Of a stretch of DNA of 64,000 nt, positions 1 through 9,576 are shown piece after piece (within the stretch, counting starts at the first letter, position 1; every line of letters begins with the position of its first letter). Below the pieces are notes generated by a model. It was not told the DNA's origin. It ran no database searches and saw only the letters and a program-made list of their open reading frames with translations. This DNA comes from a bacterium (GTDB lineage Bacteria > Cyanobacteriota > Vampirovibrionia > Gastranaerophilales > JAILCC01), in assembly GCA_024680555.1 (NCBI GenBank), contig JAILCC010000016.1:170561-234560 (forward strand), written 5' to 3'. Position numbers and translations under genes: made by a program.

Positions 1-615
1 TGCGGATTGGTTTCCAAAAAGCTCATAGAAACCCCGCAGGAATTTTCTTTTGAAGATTATACGGATATCCTTCTTGATGTTCCGATGATTTTTCATAAAA
101 ATAAATACGTCGAAAATAAAACATTTAAAGAGCTTTTTATTGAAAAAGAGGCTGATGAGTCAGATTGGGAAACACACCTGAGTCTGTTTTTCCCTGATGT
201 AAGACTGAAAAACTATATTGAAATAAGAAATCATGACTGCCAAAATCCCAAAATCGCAATTTCAGTACCCACCCTGTATAAAGGCATATTCTATTCTAAA
301 ACCGGTATTGATGATGTAAATAGCCTGCTGAAAGAATTTACGTACTACGATTTGGAATTTGTAAGACAAAACGCACCCAGATTTGGTATGGATTTTTGCG
401 TGAAAAACTTCAAAATATCAACTATAGTTAAGGAAATATTTTATATTGCACAAAGGGGACTAAAAGAATTCGAGCTTGGAGAAGAAAAGTACTTGGACAA
501 TGCGCTTGAGCTTGTAAACGAAAGCATTACCCCTGCTGATATAATTATTAAAAATTTTGAAGGTTCCTGGCATCATAAGATAGAAAAACTTGTAAAATTT
601 TCCCAAATAAACTAG
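1..615 (+). CDS. Glutamate--cysteine ligase (GCS2, plant/alphaproteobacterial type), C-terminal part; runs off the left edge
   Basis: WETHLSLFFPDVRLKNYIEIRNHD matches the GCS2/GshA/EgtA motif HLTTxFPEVRLKxYLEMRGAD; frame is open from base 1. Confidence 0.75.
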   Translation, partial: CGLVSKKLIETPQEFSFEDYTDILLDVPMIFHKNKYVENKTFKELFIEKEADESDWETHLSLFFPDVRLKNYIEIRNHDCQNPKIAISVPTLYKGIFYSKTGIDDVNSLLKEFTYYDLEFVRQNAPRFGMDFCVKNFKISTIVKEIFYIAQRGLKEFELGEEKYLDNALELVNESITPADIIIKNFEGSWHHKIEKLVKFSQIN

Positions 616-676
616 CAAAATTTTTTTTGTTCCATATTACTATACATATACCCGAGCATCTAAAAGGAGTTTCCCA

Positions 677-997
677 ATGCAAATAAACAGCATCCCATCT
701 GTAAATTTCAAAAATTGGAGTGATATTATTGATTCTCTTGCGGAATCATATCTCAATACACCCGAAAAGATTATAGAGGATGTAAAAATGGAGGGAGAAT
801 GGTTAGCTCAACAATCAAGACACGACTGCTTGGATATAGCTGATAGTTTTGAACAGGCAAGTCAAAGGATAGAAAAATCCGCAAACAGAATGGCTACGAC
901 AAATAGCAAAGTGGAAAAATTATCGTTGTTAGATAAAATCAGAACCGATTTGAGAATTATGACTCGTGATAGACGCACATACGGCAAAAGAAGCTGA
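677..997 (+). CDS. Hypothetical protein with N-terminal MQINSIPSVNF leader
   Basis: 106-aa ORF, strong SD (AAGGAG) upstream; helical, no recognisable domain. Confidence 0.7.
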   Translation: MQINSIPSVNFKNWSDIIDSLAESYLNTPEKIIEDVKMEGEWLAQQSRHDCLDIADSFEQASQRIEKSANRMATTNSKVEKLSLLDKIRTDLRIMTRDRRTYGKRS

Positions 998-1038
998 TAT
1001 AATGCGTATCGGACAATAGATTGAGATGTGCAACTTTA

Positions 1039-1066
1039 TTGACAATGCTTGTGTATGCCATACAAT
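1039..1066 (+). promoter_or_regulatory. sigma70-type promoter of the 1106 ORF
   Basis: TTGACA-N16-TACAAT. Confidence 0.5.
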
Positions 1067-1105
1067 GAAAGTACATACTACAATTTATTAAATACAGGGG
1101 AAAAA

Positions 1106-1489
1106 ATGCAGGTTTCAAAAATTAATACTCAAAATTTTGGGGCAACTCCGTGTTCTATGACAAAGAGGCTTTTACTTGATTTAGAAAGAAATGCTATTGA
1201 CACTATGCCCATAATGCGCATCATGAAGAATACTTATGTGGGAAACAGAATATTCACAAATATATCTTCTGACGGTAAATTCGGAGTTGATATGTTCTCA
1301 CGAGAAGGAGACCACCTTCGTGCGCTCATTAAATCGGAAGACAATATGAGAGTGGATGCAGGTACATTTCATCTGGTAAACCCGAAAAGCTTCGCCAAAA
1401 AATTCTATGAAGCCCTTAATTTAGGTGAAAGAACCAGAAGCAAAGAGCAAAGACTCATTGACAAAGTTTACGGTATGTTTGAAGGTTAA
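1106..1489 (+). CDS. Hypothetical protein with N-terminal [12 protein letters not shown] leader
   Basis: ATG at 1106 follows AGGGG SD and lies downstream of the promoter; preferred over the track start at 1049. Confidence 0.65.
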   Translation: MQVSKINTQNFGATPCSMTKRLLLDLERNAIDTMPIMRIMKNTYVGNRIFTNISSDGKFGVDMFSREGDHLRALIKSEDNMRVDAGTFHLVNPKSFAKKFYEALNLGERTRSKEQRLIDKVYGMFEG

Positions 1490-2916
1490 CTCCACCTTAA
1501 ATTCGGATGTCTTGCAGCATTAGTTTCGTCAACTTTTCTTACGGGAGTATTGTGAGGCGCATCAGCTAACAACTCGGGCGTGTCTTGTGCTTCCTGCGCA
1601 ATTTTCTTCATTATTTCTATAAATTCGTCCAAGGTTTCTTTGGATTCACTTTCCGTAGGCTCAATCATCATCGCTTCATGAACTATCAGCGGGAAATATA
1701 TGGTCGGCGGGTGGAAACCGTAATCAATAAGTCTTTTGGCAATTTGAAGCGTATTTACGCCAAATGCTTTTTGTAATTCATTAGTAAGGACAAATTCATG
1801 TGCGCAAACTTCATCAATTGCTATTTTATAACAATCTTGGAGTTTTGCTTTGATGTAATTTGCATTTAAAACCGCATCAATTGAAGCCTGTTTCAAGTCT
1901 TTACCCATCATGGTTATATAGGTATATGCTCTTACTAGCACAGAAAAATTACCGAAAAAGGAACTTACTTTTCCTATTGTATTTGGGTAATTATAATCTC
2001 TGAAATATTTTTTACCGTCAAACTTGACTACCGGAACAGGTAAAAACTCCTCCAACTTTTTGACAACACCAATAGGACCTGCCCCCGGTCCGCCGCATCC
2101 GTGCGGAGTAGCAAATGTTTTATGAAGATTCAAGTGAACGACGTCAAACCCCATAATTGCAGGGTTTGAAATTCCCATAATGGCATTGAAATTCGCTCCA
2201 TCATAATACAAAAGCCCGCCTGCATTGTGAATCATATTCGCAATTCTTGTAATGTTTTTTTCAAACAGCCCCAGTGTATTCGGGTTGGTCAGCATTAGTG
2301 CAGCAACATCATTGTCCAACAAGTTTTCAAGTTCGTCTAAATCAACCAAACCGTCAGGAGTAGATTTCACCTGAATAACTTCAAAACCGCACATCTTTGA
2401 TGAAGCGGGATTTGTACCGTGAGCGGAGTCGGGAATTAAAACTTTTTTCTTTTCCATACCAAGCTTTTCAAAATATGCCTTAATTATCATCATGCCGGTC
2501 AATTCGCCATGAGCACCAGCCTCAGGCTGCAAAGAAATCGCATCCATACCCGTAATTGCGCACAGCTGTTTTTGCAGGGTACACATAAGAGCTAATGCCC
2601 CTTGAATTGTTTCATCCGACTGATTAGGGTGAATATTTAAAAAACCATCCAGATTGGCTGCCCATTCGTTTACCTTTGGATTGTACTTCATTGTACATGA
2701 ACCTAAAGGATAAAAACCGCCGTCAAGAGGAAAATTCTTTTTGGAAAGATTTGTATAATGAGAAACAACTTCTCTTTCGGACATAACCGGCAAATTTATT
2801 TCCGATGTTCTCAGGTATTTTTTATCTATGGATTTTTCCAAAACATCCAAATTACAAGCCTTTTGAGCCCTGCTTTTTATTTTTTTATCCGATTTTTCAA
2901 AAATTGTTGTTCCCAT
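1486..2916 (-). CDS. gcvPB: Glycine dehydrogenase (decarboxylating) subunit 2
   Basis: [31 protein letters not shown](A)[12 protein letters not shown]-lysine motif. Confidence 0.95.
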   Translation of the reverse strand: MGTTIFEKSDKKIKSRAQKACNLDVLEKSIDKKYLRTSEINLPVMSEREVVSHYTNLSKKNFPLDGGFYPLGSCTMKYNPKVNEWAANLDGFLNIHPNQSDETIQGALALMCTLQKQLCAITGMDAISLQPEAGAHGELTGMMIIKAYFEKLGMEKKKVLIPDSAHGTNPASSKMCGFEVIQVKSTPDGLVDLDELENLLDNDVAALMLTNPNTLGLFEKNITRIANMIHNAGGLLYYDGANFNAIMGISNPAIMGFDVVHLNLHKTFATPHGCGGPGAGPIGVVKKLEEFLPVPVVKFDGKKYFRDYNYPNTIGKVSSFFGNFSVLVRAYTYITMMGKDLKQASIDAVLNANYIKAKLQDCYKIAIDEVCAHEFVLTNELQKAFGVNTLQIAKRLIDYGFHPPTIYFPLIVHEAMMIEPTESESKETLDEFIEIMKKIAQEAQDTPELLADAPHNTPVRKVDETNAARHPNLRWS

Positions 2917-3060
2917 ATTCCCTCTCCTCCGTACAACTCAATAGTAACATAAACAAAGATATATTTGAATATTATTAACCGTTTTTGCTTGATTTCTTTT
3001 TATGTCTTTTGTATTATGAAAGACACATGGACGCAAAATAATTAAAATTGGAGCAAAATA

Positions 3061-3213
3061 ATGAAACGCACACTTGAAGGAACAAAAAGAAAAAGACAAA
3101 ACGTAAGCGGTTTTCGTGCAAGAATGGCAACTGCAAACGGTCAAAATGTATTAAACAGACGCAGAGCTAAAGGTCGTCACAAAGTTGCTATTACCGCAAA
3201 AACAAAAGCTTAG
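3061..3213 (+). CDS. rpmH: 50S ribosomal protein L34 (not in ORF track)
   Basis: Translated by hand: [50 protein letters not shown]; directly precedes rnpA. Confidence 0.95.
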   Translation: MKRTLEGTKRKRQNVSGFRARMATANGQNVLNRRRAKGRHKVAITAKTKA

Positions 3214-3216
3214 GAT

Positions 3217-3579
3217 ATGTTACCCAAAAGATACAGACTAAGAAAGAATATTGAGTTTGTAGCGACTTATGCGCAAAAAAAGTACGTCTCTAATTCGTAC
3301 TTTACGATAAATATAGGAAAAACAAAGCCGACAGAAGATTTTATATCCAAAGCGGCTTTTGTTGTATCTAAAAAAACTGATAAACGTGCGGTTGTCCGCA
3401 ACAAAATCAAACGCAGAATGCGTGAAATATATAAAACAATATTAAGAGAAAATCCGTCATTTCCGAAATGGATGTCAGTTATTATTTCTGCAAAGCCGGA
3501 GGCTAAAGATATTGATTTTAAGTCATTTGACAGAGAATTACGAAATTTAATACATAAGGCGGAAGAAAAATATGATTAA
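3217..3579 (+). CDS. rnpA: Ribonuclease P protein component
   Basis: RLRK..EF start, [22 protein letters not shown] motif; follows rpmH. Confidence 0.93.
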   Translation: MLPKRYRLRKNIEFVATYAQKKYVSNSYFTINIGKTKPTEDFISKAAFVVSKKTDKRAVVRNKIKRRMREIYKTILRENPSFPKWMSVIISAKPEAKDIDFKSFDRELRNLIHKAEEKYD

Positions 3580-3781
3580 AAAATTTTTTGTATTTCTTAT
3601 CAAAATATATCAGTGGTTCTCAAAATTTACGCCAAAAACATGTCGTTTTTATCCTACGTGTTCAAGATACATGATAGAAGCTATTGAGAAATATGGGGTT
3701 ATAAAAGGCGGCTGGCTTGGGATAAAACGCATTTGCAGATGTCATCCGTGGAATGAAGGCGGTTACGATCCCGTACCGTAA
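3572..3781 (+). CDS. yidD: Membrane protein insertion efficiency factor YidD
   Basis: [10 protein letters not shown]...[17 protein letters not shown]. Confidence 0.95.
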   Translation: MIKKFFVFLIKIYQWFSKFTPKTCRFYPTCSRYMIEAIEKYGVIKGGWLGIKRICRCHPWNEGGYDPVP

Positions 3782-3851
3782 AATTATGATTTTACTACAC
3801 AAAAACCTTTATATCTGCTATAATCATATTAAATTGATAAGAGGATAGTTC

Positions 3852-4082
3852 ATGAAAAGAAAAGCACAAAGTTTAGTCGAATTTGCTATTATATTGATGG
3901 CGGTTACCGCTATTGCAATGATATCTTTGCAAATAATCAGCAACAAGATTAACTCAAGTGTATATAATAACTACGAAGAATCGCAAACCACTATTGAGGA
4001 TGCCATTTCGGCAGAAGAACAAAATTGCACAAAAATGGGACTTCATTGGGATAAACAAAACGGCATCTGCGAAGCTAAATAA
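3852..4082 (+). CDS. Flp/TadE-like prepilin
   Basis: KAQSLVEFAIIL class III signal followed by a hydrophobic helix; C-terminal Cys pair; own SD (GAGG) and TGCTATAAT -10. Confidence 0.65.
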   Translation: MKRKAQSLVEFAIILMAVTAIAMISLQIISNKINSSVYNNYEESQTTIEDAISAEEQNCTKMGLHWDKQNGICEAK

Positions 4083-5373
4083 GCCCCAGTCTTTGATATA
4101 TGGTATCAATGTTTTTCAAATAATCTTTAACGTCAAAGAGTCCGTTTATTTCTTCTTCGGATAAGTATTTTTTTACTTCCTTATCTTCAATGAGATTTTT
4201 TTTGAAGTTTCCATCTTGCTTTCCCCATGCGTCAAGGGCATTACGTTGAACAATTTTATATGCATCTTCTCTTAAAAGTCCTTTATCCACAAGCGCTAAT
4301 AAAACCTTTTGAGAGAATACGCATCCGCCGTACAGGGTTGTATTATTAAGCATTCTGTCTGCATGAACCACTAGATTTTCTACTAAATTTTTAAAACGAT
4401 TAAGCATATAATCTACAAGAATTGTACTGTCAGGGAATATTATTCTTTCCGCACTCGAATGGCTTATATCCCTTTCATGCCACAAAGAAACATTCTCCAA
4501 CGCAACCATAGCATTTGAACGGACAACCCTTGCCAAGCCGGTAAGATTTTCTGCAGAAATCGGATTTTTCTTATGCGGCATAGCTGACGACCCTTTTTGC
4601 CCCTCGGAAAAACCTTCTTCCACTTCAAGAACTTCACTTCGTTGCAAATGTCTTAATTCTATAGCAAACTGCTCAATAGTAGTTGCAATCAAGGCTATTG
4701 TTTGAAGATAATTGGCATGTAAATCTCTTTGAATAATCTGAGTGGAAACTTTTGCCGGATTAAGTCCCAATATATCGCATGTGATTTTTTCAATTTCGGG
4801 AGAAATATTGCTATATGTACCTATCGGACCTGATATTTGCCCGACTAAAATTTCTTCTTTTGCAAGAATAAATCTCGACAAATTTCTGCGCATAATTTCA
4901 AGCCAATTACACATTTTCAAACCGTATGTCATCGGTTCGGCATGAATACCGTGAGAACGTCCGATGCATATCGTGTCTTTATATTCCAAGGCTTTTTTTT
5001 CAAGCAGCTCAATCACGCTTTTGATATCTGCTTCTATAATAGAGCTTGCCTGCTTTATCTGGAGAGCAAGTGCCGTATCAATAACATCAGAGCTTGTTAA
5101 GCCGAGGTGTATAAAACGTGAATTATCGCCGACATACTCGGATACATTTGTTAAAAATGCTATAAAGTCATGTTTTACTTCCGCTTCTATTTCGTCAATT
5201 CTTTCTATTGAAAATTGTGCTTTGGACTTTATATCGGAAAGAACATCGTCTGATATTTTCCCCAACCTGCTATATGCCTCACATACCGCAAGCTCGACAT
5301 CAAGATATGTTTGGAATTTATTTTCTAAACTCCAAATGTTACCCATTTCTTTTCTTGTATAGCGTTCAATCAT
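4075..5373 (-). CDS. purB: Adenylosuccinate lyase
   Basis: GSSAMPHKKNP, GRSHGIHAEP, HERDISHSSAER. Confidence 0.96.
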   Translation of the reverse strand: MIERYTRKEMGNIWSLENKFQTYLDVELAVCEAYSRLGKISDDVLSDIKSKAQFSIERIDEIEAEVKHDFIAFLTNVSEYVGDNSRFIHLGLTSSDVIDTALALQIKQASSIIEADIKSVIELLEKKALEYKDTICIGRSHGIHAEPMTYGLKMCNWLEIMRRNLSRFILAKEEILVGQISGPIGTYSNISPEIEKITCDILGLNPAKVSTQIIQRDLHANYLQTIALIATTIEQFAIELRHLQRSEVLEVEEGFSEGQKGSSAMPHKKNPISAENLTGLARVVRSNAMVALENVSLWHERDISHSSAERIIFPDSTILVDYMLNRFKNLVENLVVHADRMLNNTTLYGGCVFSQKVLLALVDKGLLREDAYKIVQRNALDAWGKQDGNFKKNLIEDKEVKKYLSEEEINGLFDVKDYLKNIDTIYQRLGLI

Positions 5374-5417
5374 AACTTCCTCAGAATAACTTGCTACTTG
5401 AATTTAGCACAAAAATA

Positions 5418-6542
5418 CTAACTTTTCTTCTTTTTATTTTTAGAATTATTTTTACTCAATTCTCTTTTTGAATTGTTTAACGAGAGCTTAACAAGAGGCT
5501 TTTGGTTAGAAGAATCCATAATAACAAGCCATAATTTTTGTGCGGGATTGTCAACGGAAAATGAAATTTTTCCGGAGATTTTACTGTGGGGACGGATTTT
5601 AGTAAACCACATGCCAGTATCACCAAACGGTGAAGCATAAAAAATTGCTTTATTTTCATTTTGTAAAACTATATCAAAAGTCGATAAACTTTTTTGAGTC
5701 ATATTTGAAATATTTAACCCGAGCGTAAGTGTATTTGGTTCACCGAACGGATCTTTTTCAAGTCTTATACTCGTTATATCAACAAGCAGATTTTCATTTC
5801 TGACTTCTTCTTCAATGAGAGCGGTTTCCCTAAAAACAGGAAGGTTTACATTATCGATGAGCTTAACATTTATCGCATCTCCTGGGGCTAAAAGAACTTG
5901 GTCACCTTTTTTGGACATTACTATACCGAGTCCCAATGCACCGCCAATCGCAGCGCCGCCCAGCACGGTATAACCATGACTTGCTACTGCCCCAACTACT
6001 CCGAACAGGTTCAGCGCAACCGCACTGCCAAGAGCCGCACCGCCAACCGTATAGGCAGCATGCTCTGCTGTTACCATTGCAGCATTCTTTGCAGGGTGAC
6101 GTTTGGTTGTCATTTCAGCATTTATGGGTATTTCTCTGCCGTCCGGCGTTGCAAGATAATCAAATTTCAAAGTTATATTCGCATCACGGGAAAACCTTTT
6201 GGGTTCAACGATTTCTGTAATTCTTCCGTGAGCAACTGTTCCTGCAGGAAGCACTACACCTTTGTCGGTAAATACATCGCTTGTTATTTCGGCAAAAAAC
6301 TCATCCCCCTCAGAACTTGTTTCGGAATTAATGATATTGGATACAACCATAGAAACATTATGCCCTTTTGTAACTTCGGCTTTTATTTCGGACAAAATTT
6401 CGGGATCATCTCTAAGTTCTTCGTTTATTTCGGCATATCCGTGAAAAACCTTTCCGTCAGATGCGTACGCAGTCGGAGAAACAAAATATACCGCAAAAAC
6501 AAATATTAATAACAAAAAAATATTTTTCATAATGTGTTTCAT
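5418..6542 (-). CDS. Exported protein: TrbI/VirB10-like beta domain with glycine-zipper hairpin plus C-terminal Ig-like domain
   Basis: Sec signal; SSETSSEGDEFFAEITSD...LPAGTVAHGRI; GGAALG...GGAAIGGALG hydrophobic hairpin. Confidence 0.5.
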   Translation of the reverse strand: MKHIMKNIFLLLIFVFAVYFVSPTAYASDGKVFHGYAEINEELRDDPEILSEIKAEVTKGHNVSMVVSNIINSETSSEGDEFFAEITSDVFTDKGVVLPAGTVAHGRITEIVEPKRFSRDANITLKFDYLATPDGREIPINAEMTTKRHPAKNAAMVTAEHAAYTVGGAALGSAVALNLFGVVGAVASHGYTVLGGAAIGGALGLGIVMSKKGDQVLLAPGDAINVKLIDNVNLPVFRETALIEEEVRNENLLVDITSIRLEKDPFGEPNTLTLGLNISNMTQKSLSTFDIVLQNENKAIFYASPFGDTGMWFTKIRPHSKISGKISFSVDNPAQKLWLVIMDSSNQKPLVKLSLNNSKRELSKNNSKNKKKKS

Positions 6543-6675
6543 AGATTATTCACCCAAAAACATAATACTCTAACTTTCAAAAAATTGCCACATCAATAAT
6601 TTCAGGGTTGTAATATTATTGAACTTGTTTCTTTTTTTTCGTAAAATAATTTGTATATTCTAGTGGAATTAGTGT

Positions 6676-7632
6676 ATGGATTTACCCGACGAACAAGCTC
6701 TAATTAATCTTGCAAAGCAATTTAAGATTGCTCAGGATTTTCCCGCTCAAGACAAAATCAAACTGTTAAAAAGGCTTGAAAGAATTGACGGCGAAAAGTT
6801 ATGCATTATTTTCAACTATTTTTTAACACTGGAAAACGACAAAGAAGTCTTGACGTATCTTGTCAAAATTCTTGCAAAATGCCAAAATGAATTAACTCTC
6901 AAAATATTGGCAGATATTCTGATATCATCTTTGAATGACACTTCTGATACATGTTTGAAATTAAAATGCGAAATTGCAAATACAATGGGGCGTTCTCAAA
7001 ATTCCGAATGTGTAATGCCGCTTTTATACGTCATGAATAATAAAAACGAAAATTACAAACTCCGCTTGGCGTGCGCTGATGCTTTGGGGAGAATAGGAAG
7101 TTCTTATGCGGTTACACCTCTAATCGATTTAGTCAGAGATGATGAGGAAAAATCCATGTATCTTAGAGAATCTGCCGCAAGAGCACTGGGAATGCTCGGA
7201 GATATGCGTGCAATCGAACCGTTGGCAAATATTCTCGAAAGCAAAAACGGACTGTTTGACCGTTTTACGTTTTTAAAAGAAAGAATTGTTGAAACACTTG
7301 GCAGATTGGGGCAATACGGTGACGAAAAATCCATACACGCACTAAAACACGCCCTTGAGGACGAAGCCGCTTGCGTAAGACTCGGAGCTATTGACGCATT
7401 GAGCGAAATTGATGACGACCGTGTTATCCCCCTTATTGAAAAAATGCTTGAAGATAAAGATGAAGAAGTGGCACGTGCAGCAGTATGTGCTCTGTATGAA
7501 ATATTGGGAAAGGGCTACATTTGCTCACTATATAATTCGGAAAGCCTTCAGGCGTGCTGCAAAGATGAGATACGAGAACTACTTGAAGAACAAGAAGAAA
7601 TAGAAGTTGAGGCTGACAGAAATGATGAATAA
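6676..7632 (+). CDS. HEAT/PBS-lyase repeat protein
   Basis: Repeated LRxAxAxALGxIG...AVxPL units. Confidence 0.85.
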   Translation: MDLPDEQALINLAKQFKIAQDFPAQDKIKLLKRLERIDGEKLCIIFNYFLTLENDKEVLTYLVKILAKCQNELTLKILADILISSLNDTSDTCLKLKCEIANTMGRSQNSECVMPLLYVMNNKNENYKLRLACADALGRIGSSYAVTPLIDLVRDDEEKSMYLRESAARALGMLGDMRAIEPLANILESKNGLFDRFTFLKERIVETLGRLGQYGDEKSIHALKHALEDEAACVRLGAIDALSEIDDDRVIPLIEKMLEDKDEEVARAAVCALYEILGKGYICSLYNSESLQACCKDEIRELLEEQEEIEVEADRNDE

Positions 7633-8314
7633 AGCAGTTATATTGTTGTCGGGAGGACTTGATAGTGCGGTTAGTCTTGCAAAATCCAAACAAGACTGCG
7701 ATATTGTTCTTGCGCTGTTGTTCAACTACGGTCAAAAATCATACCTCTATGAAAAGCAGGCAGCGGAAAACTTATGCAAACATTATGGCGTCAAGCTTAA
7801 AATTATTGATTTAGATTGGCTGAAAAATATTTCAAATTGCTCGCTTGTGAACAAAGATGCCGATATTCCGACAATAGAAAAAAACGATTTGGATAACCTT
7901 GAAATAGCATCTGACACTATGAAAAATGTGTGGATTCCAAACAGAAACTCACTGTTTTTAAATATTGCCGCGGCATACTGTGACAGTTTCAAATATGACA
8001 GTATTATTATAGGCGCAAATAAAGAAGAAGCCGCCACATTTGCAGACAATTCATCTGATTTTATAGAAAAAATAAACGGAGTTTTTGAATATTCAACGCT
8101 TGCAAAGCCCAAAGTTATTGCACCTTTGATAAGTATGACAAAAGAAGATATAATTAAACTCGGTTATGAATTAAACCTGCCTTTCCAACTAATTCGCAGC
8201 TGTTATTCCGAAAGCAAAAACCACTGCGGAAAGTGCGAATCGTGCATGCGCCTAAAAAGAGGACTTGAAAGATTGGGTTTATTTGATATTCTTAATATGT
8301 TGTTTGTTGAATAA
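7622..8314 (+). CDS. queC: 7-cyano-7-deazaguanine synthase
   Basis: LLSGGLDS, YGQK, WIPNRN, SCY...HCGKCESC zinc site. Confidence 0.93.
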   Translation: MMNKAVILLSGGLDSAVSLAKSKQDCDIVLALLFNYGQKSYLYEKQAAENLCKHYGVKLKIIDLDWLKNISNCSLVNKDADIPTIEKNDLDNLEIASDTMKNVWIPNRNSLFLNIAAAYCDSFKYDSIIIGANKEEAATFADNSSDFIEKINGVFEYSTLAKPKVIAPLISMTKEDIIKLGYELNLPFQLIRSCYSESKNHCGKCESCMRLKRGLERLGLFDILNMLFVE

Positions 8315-8323
8315 GGAGAATTT

Positions 8324-8890
8324 ATGAAAAGTCGTTTTATTGATAGTGAAATCATCTATACGGGTAAACAACTCGCACCATCCTGGATATACAAAAACTA
8401 TTGGATTAAAGGCGATGCTATTGTATCGTTTATCGGGGAGTGTAACTTAACCATTGATGATATGGTTGACATTGAAGATTATTTGAACAATTCTCCTATA
8501 TACAGCAAAAATATGCTCAGCTTTATTATTGAACATTTTAATATGCCGTTACTGGAAGGTGTCGCAAGACAAAGGTTGTTTATGTGCATTGTAAAAGAAG
8601 TTATTGAATCTTATCTCCCGAAAGGACAAACGATAATGAGAAAAGGTGACGACTTATTCTACAACGGCGGCAAATTAAGCGTTTCCATCTGCACCAAATC
8701 TATAACATCCGTCCTTATGCACATAGGAATAAACATTGACACGGAAGGTGTTCCAGTAAAAGCAGCCGGACTTCAATCTGACATGGGCTTTTCTAACGTA
8801 AAAGAAATAGCTGAAGACATAATGAATAAATACATCCTTGAATGTGAACAAATAACATTTGCTTCAACAAAGGTTAGAGGGGTTTATTGA
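8324..8890 (+). CDS. DUF366 family protein (lipoate/biotin-ligase-like fold)
   Basis: YTGKQLAPSW, DMVDIED, FIIEHF, RQRL, RKGDDL...KLSVSI, HIGINI. Confidence 0.75.
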   Translation: MKSRFIDSEIIYTGKQLAPSWIYKNYWIKGDAIVSFIGECNLTIDDMVDIEDYLNNSPIYSKNMLSFIIEHFNMPLLEGVARQRLFMCIVKEVIESYLPKGQTIMRKGDDLFYNGGKLSVSICTKSITSVLMHIGINIDTEGVPVKAAGLQSDMGFSNVKEIAEDIMNKYILECEQITFASTKVRGVY

Positions 8891-8892
8891 TA

Positions 8893-9576
8893 ATGGAAGA
8901 TAAGAAAAACAAAAGCGAAGATAGTACAAAGAAAAAAAAGTTTATAAATATTATGTTGGCAACCTTTGCTGTTTGTATTGTTGTGTACACAATAATAGGT
9001 GCGTTGGTAGTGGACAACTTCTCTTCACTTCAACAGGTTGAAGATATTAACGCAATAGAAGAAGATGATTTCAAGGGAGAAATTGACGACCGTCTGCGTT
9101 TTATAGCGATGCAGGAAGATGAAATGGGACTTGCGCCCGATGAACAAAAAGAGAACAACGATTATTTTGACGAAAACGGCACCCCCAACGAACCTGAAGA
9201 AATCGCTGCATTTTTGGAAAATGAAAGCGGAAAAAAGAATAAGTTTGAAGAATACAATGAGAAATACAGAAAAAAACAGTACAAAGATGCTGACACTAAT
9301 AGCGACGAGCCTGACGATATCCCTTACAACAAGGATGTAGCCATTTCTCCAAACAATGTTACACTAAAAGTTGTTATAGGCGATTTTGCTTCAAAAGAAG
9401 CCGCTCAGGGTGAACTTGATGCAATCAAGTCTCAATTTTCTGCAACACCGTTTATAAAAGCAGTTAACGGAAGATATACAATACAGGTTGGTTCCTTTAA
9501 AACACAAACGACTGCTGACGCTTTTGTTTCATCATTAAAACAACAAGGACACTCCGCAAGAATTATTGAGGAATAA
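8893..9576 (+). CDS. Bitopic SPOR-domain cell-division protein (FtsN/DedD-like)
   Basis: N-terminal TM helix, acidic linker, C-terminal VVIGDF..KEAA and YTIQVGSFKTQTTA SPOR motifs. Confidence 0.75.
   Translation: MEDKKNKSEDSTKKKKFINIMLATFAVCIVVYTIIGALVVDNFSSLQQVEDINAIEEDDFKGEIDDRLRFIAMQEDEMGLAPDEQKENNDYFDENGTPNEPEEIAAFLENESGKKNKFEEYNEKYRKKQYKDADTNSDEPDDIPYNKDVAISPNNVTLKVVIGDFASKEAAQGELDAIKSQFSATPFIKAVNGRYTIQVGSFKTQTTADAFVSSLKQQGHSARIIEE

Noticed and set aside
613-646. Shared upstream motif TAGCAAAA...TGTT...TATA before the 677 and 27328 genes
   Set aside because: At 27273 it is the reverse complement of the tRNA-Gly TGCTATAAT -10, and at 613 it includes a stop codon; probably coincidence in AT-rich DNA.
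4283-4291. DnaA box TTATCCACA near rpmH suggesting oriC
   Set aside because: Single copy inside purB coding sequence; no cluster and no dnaA.
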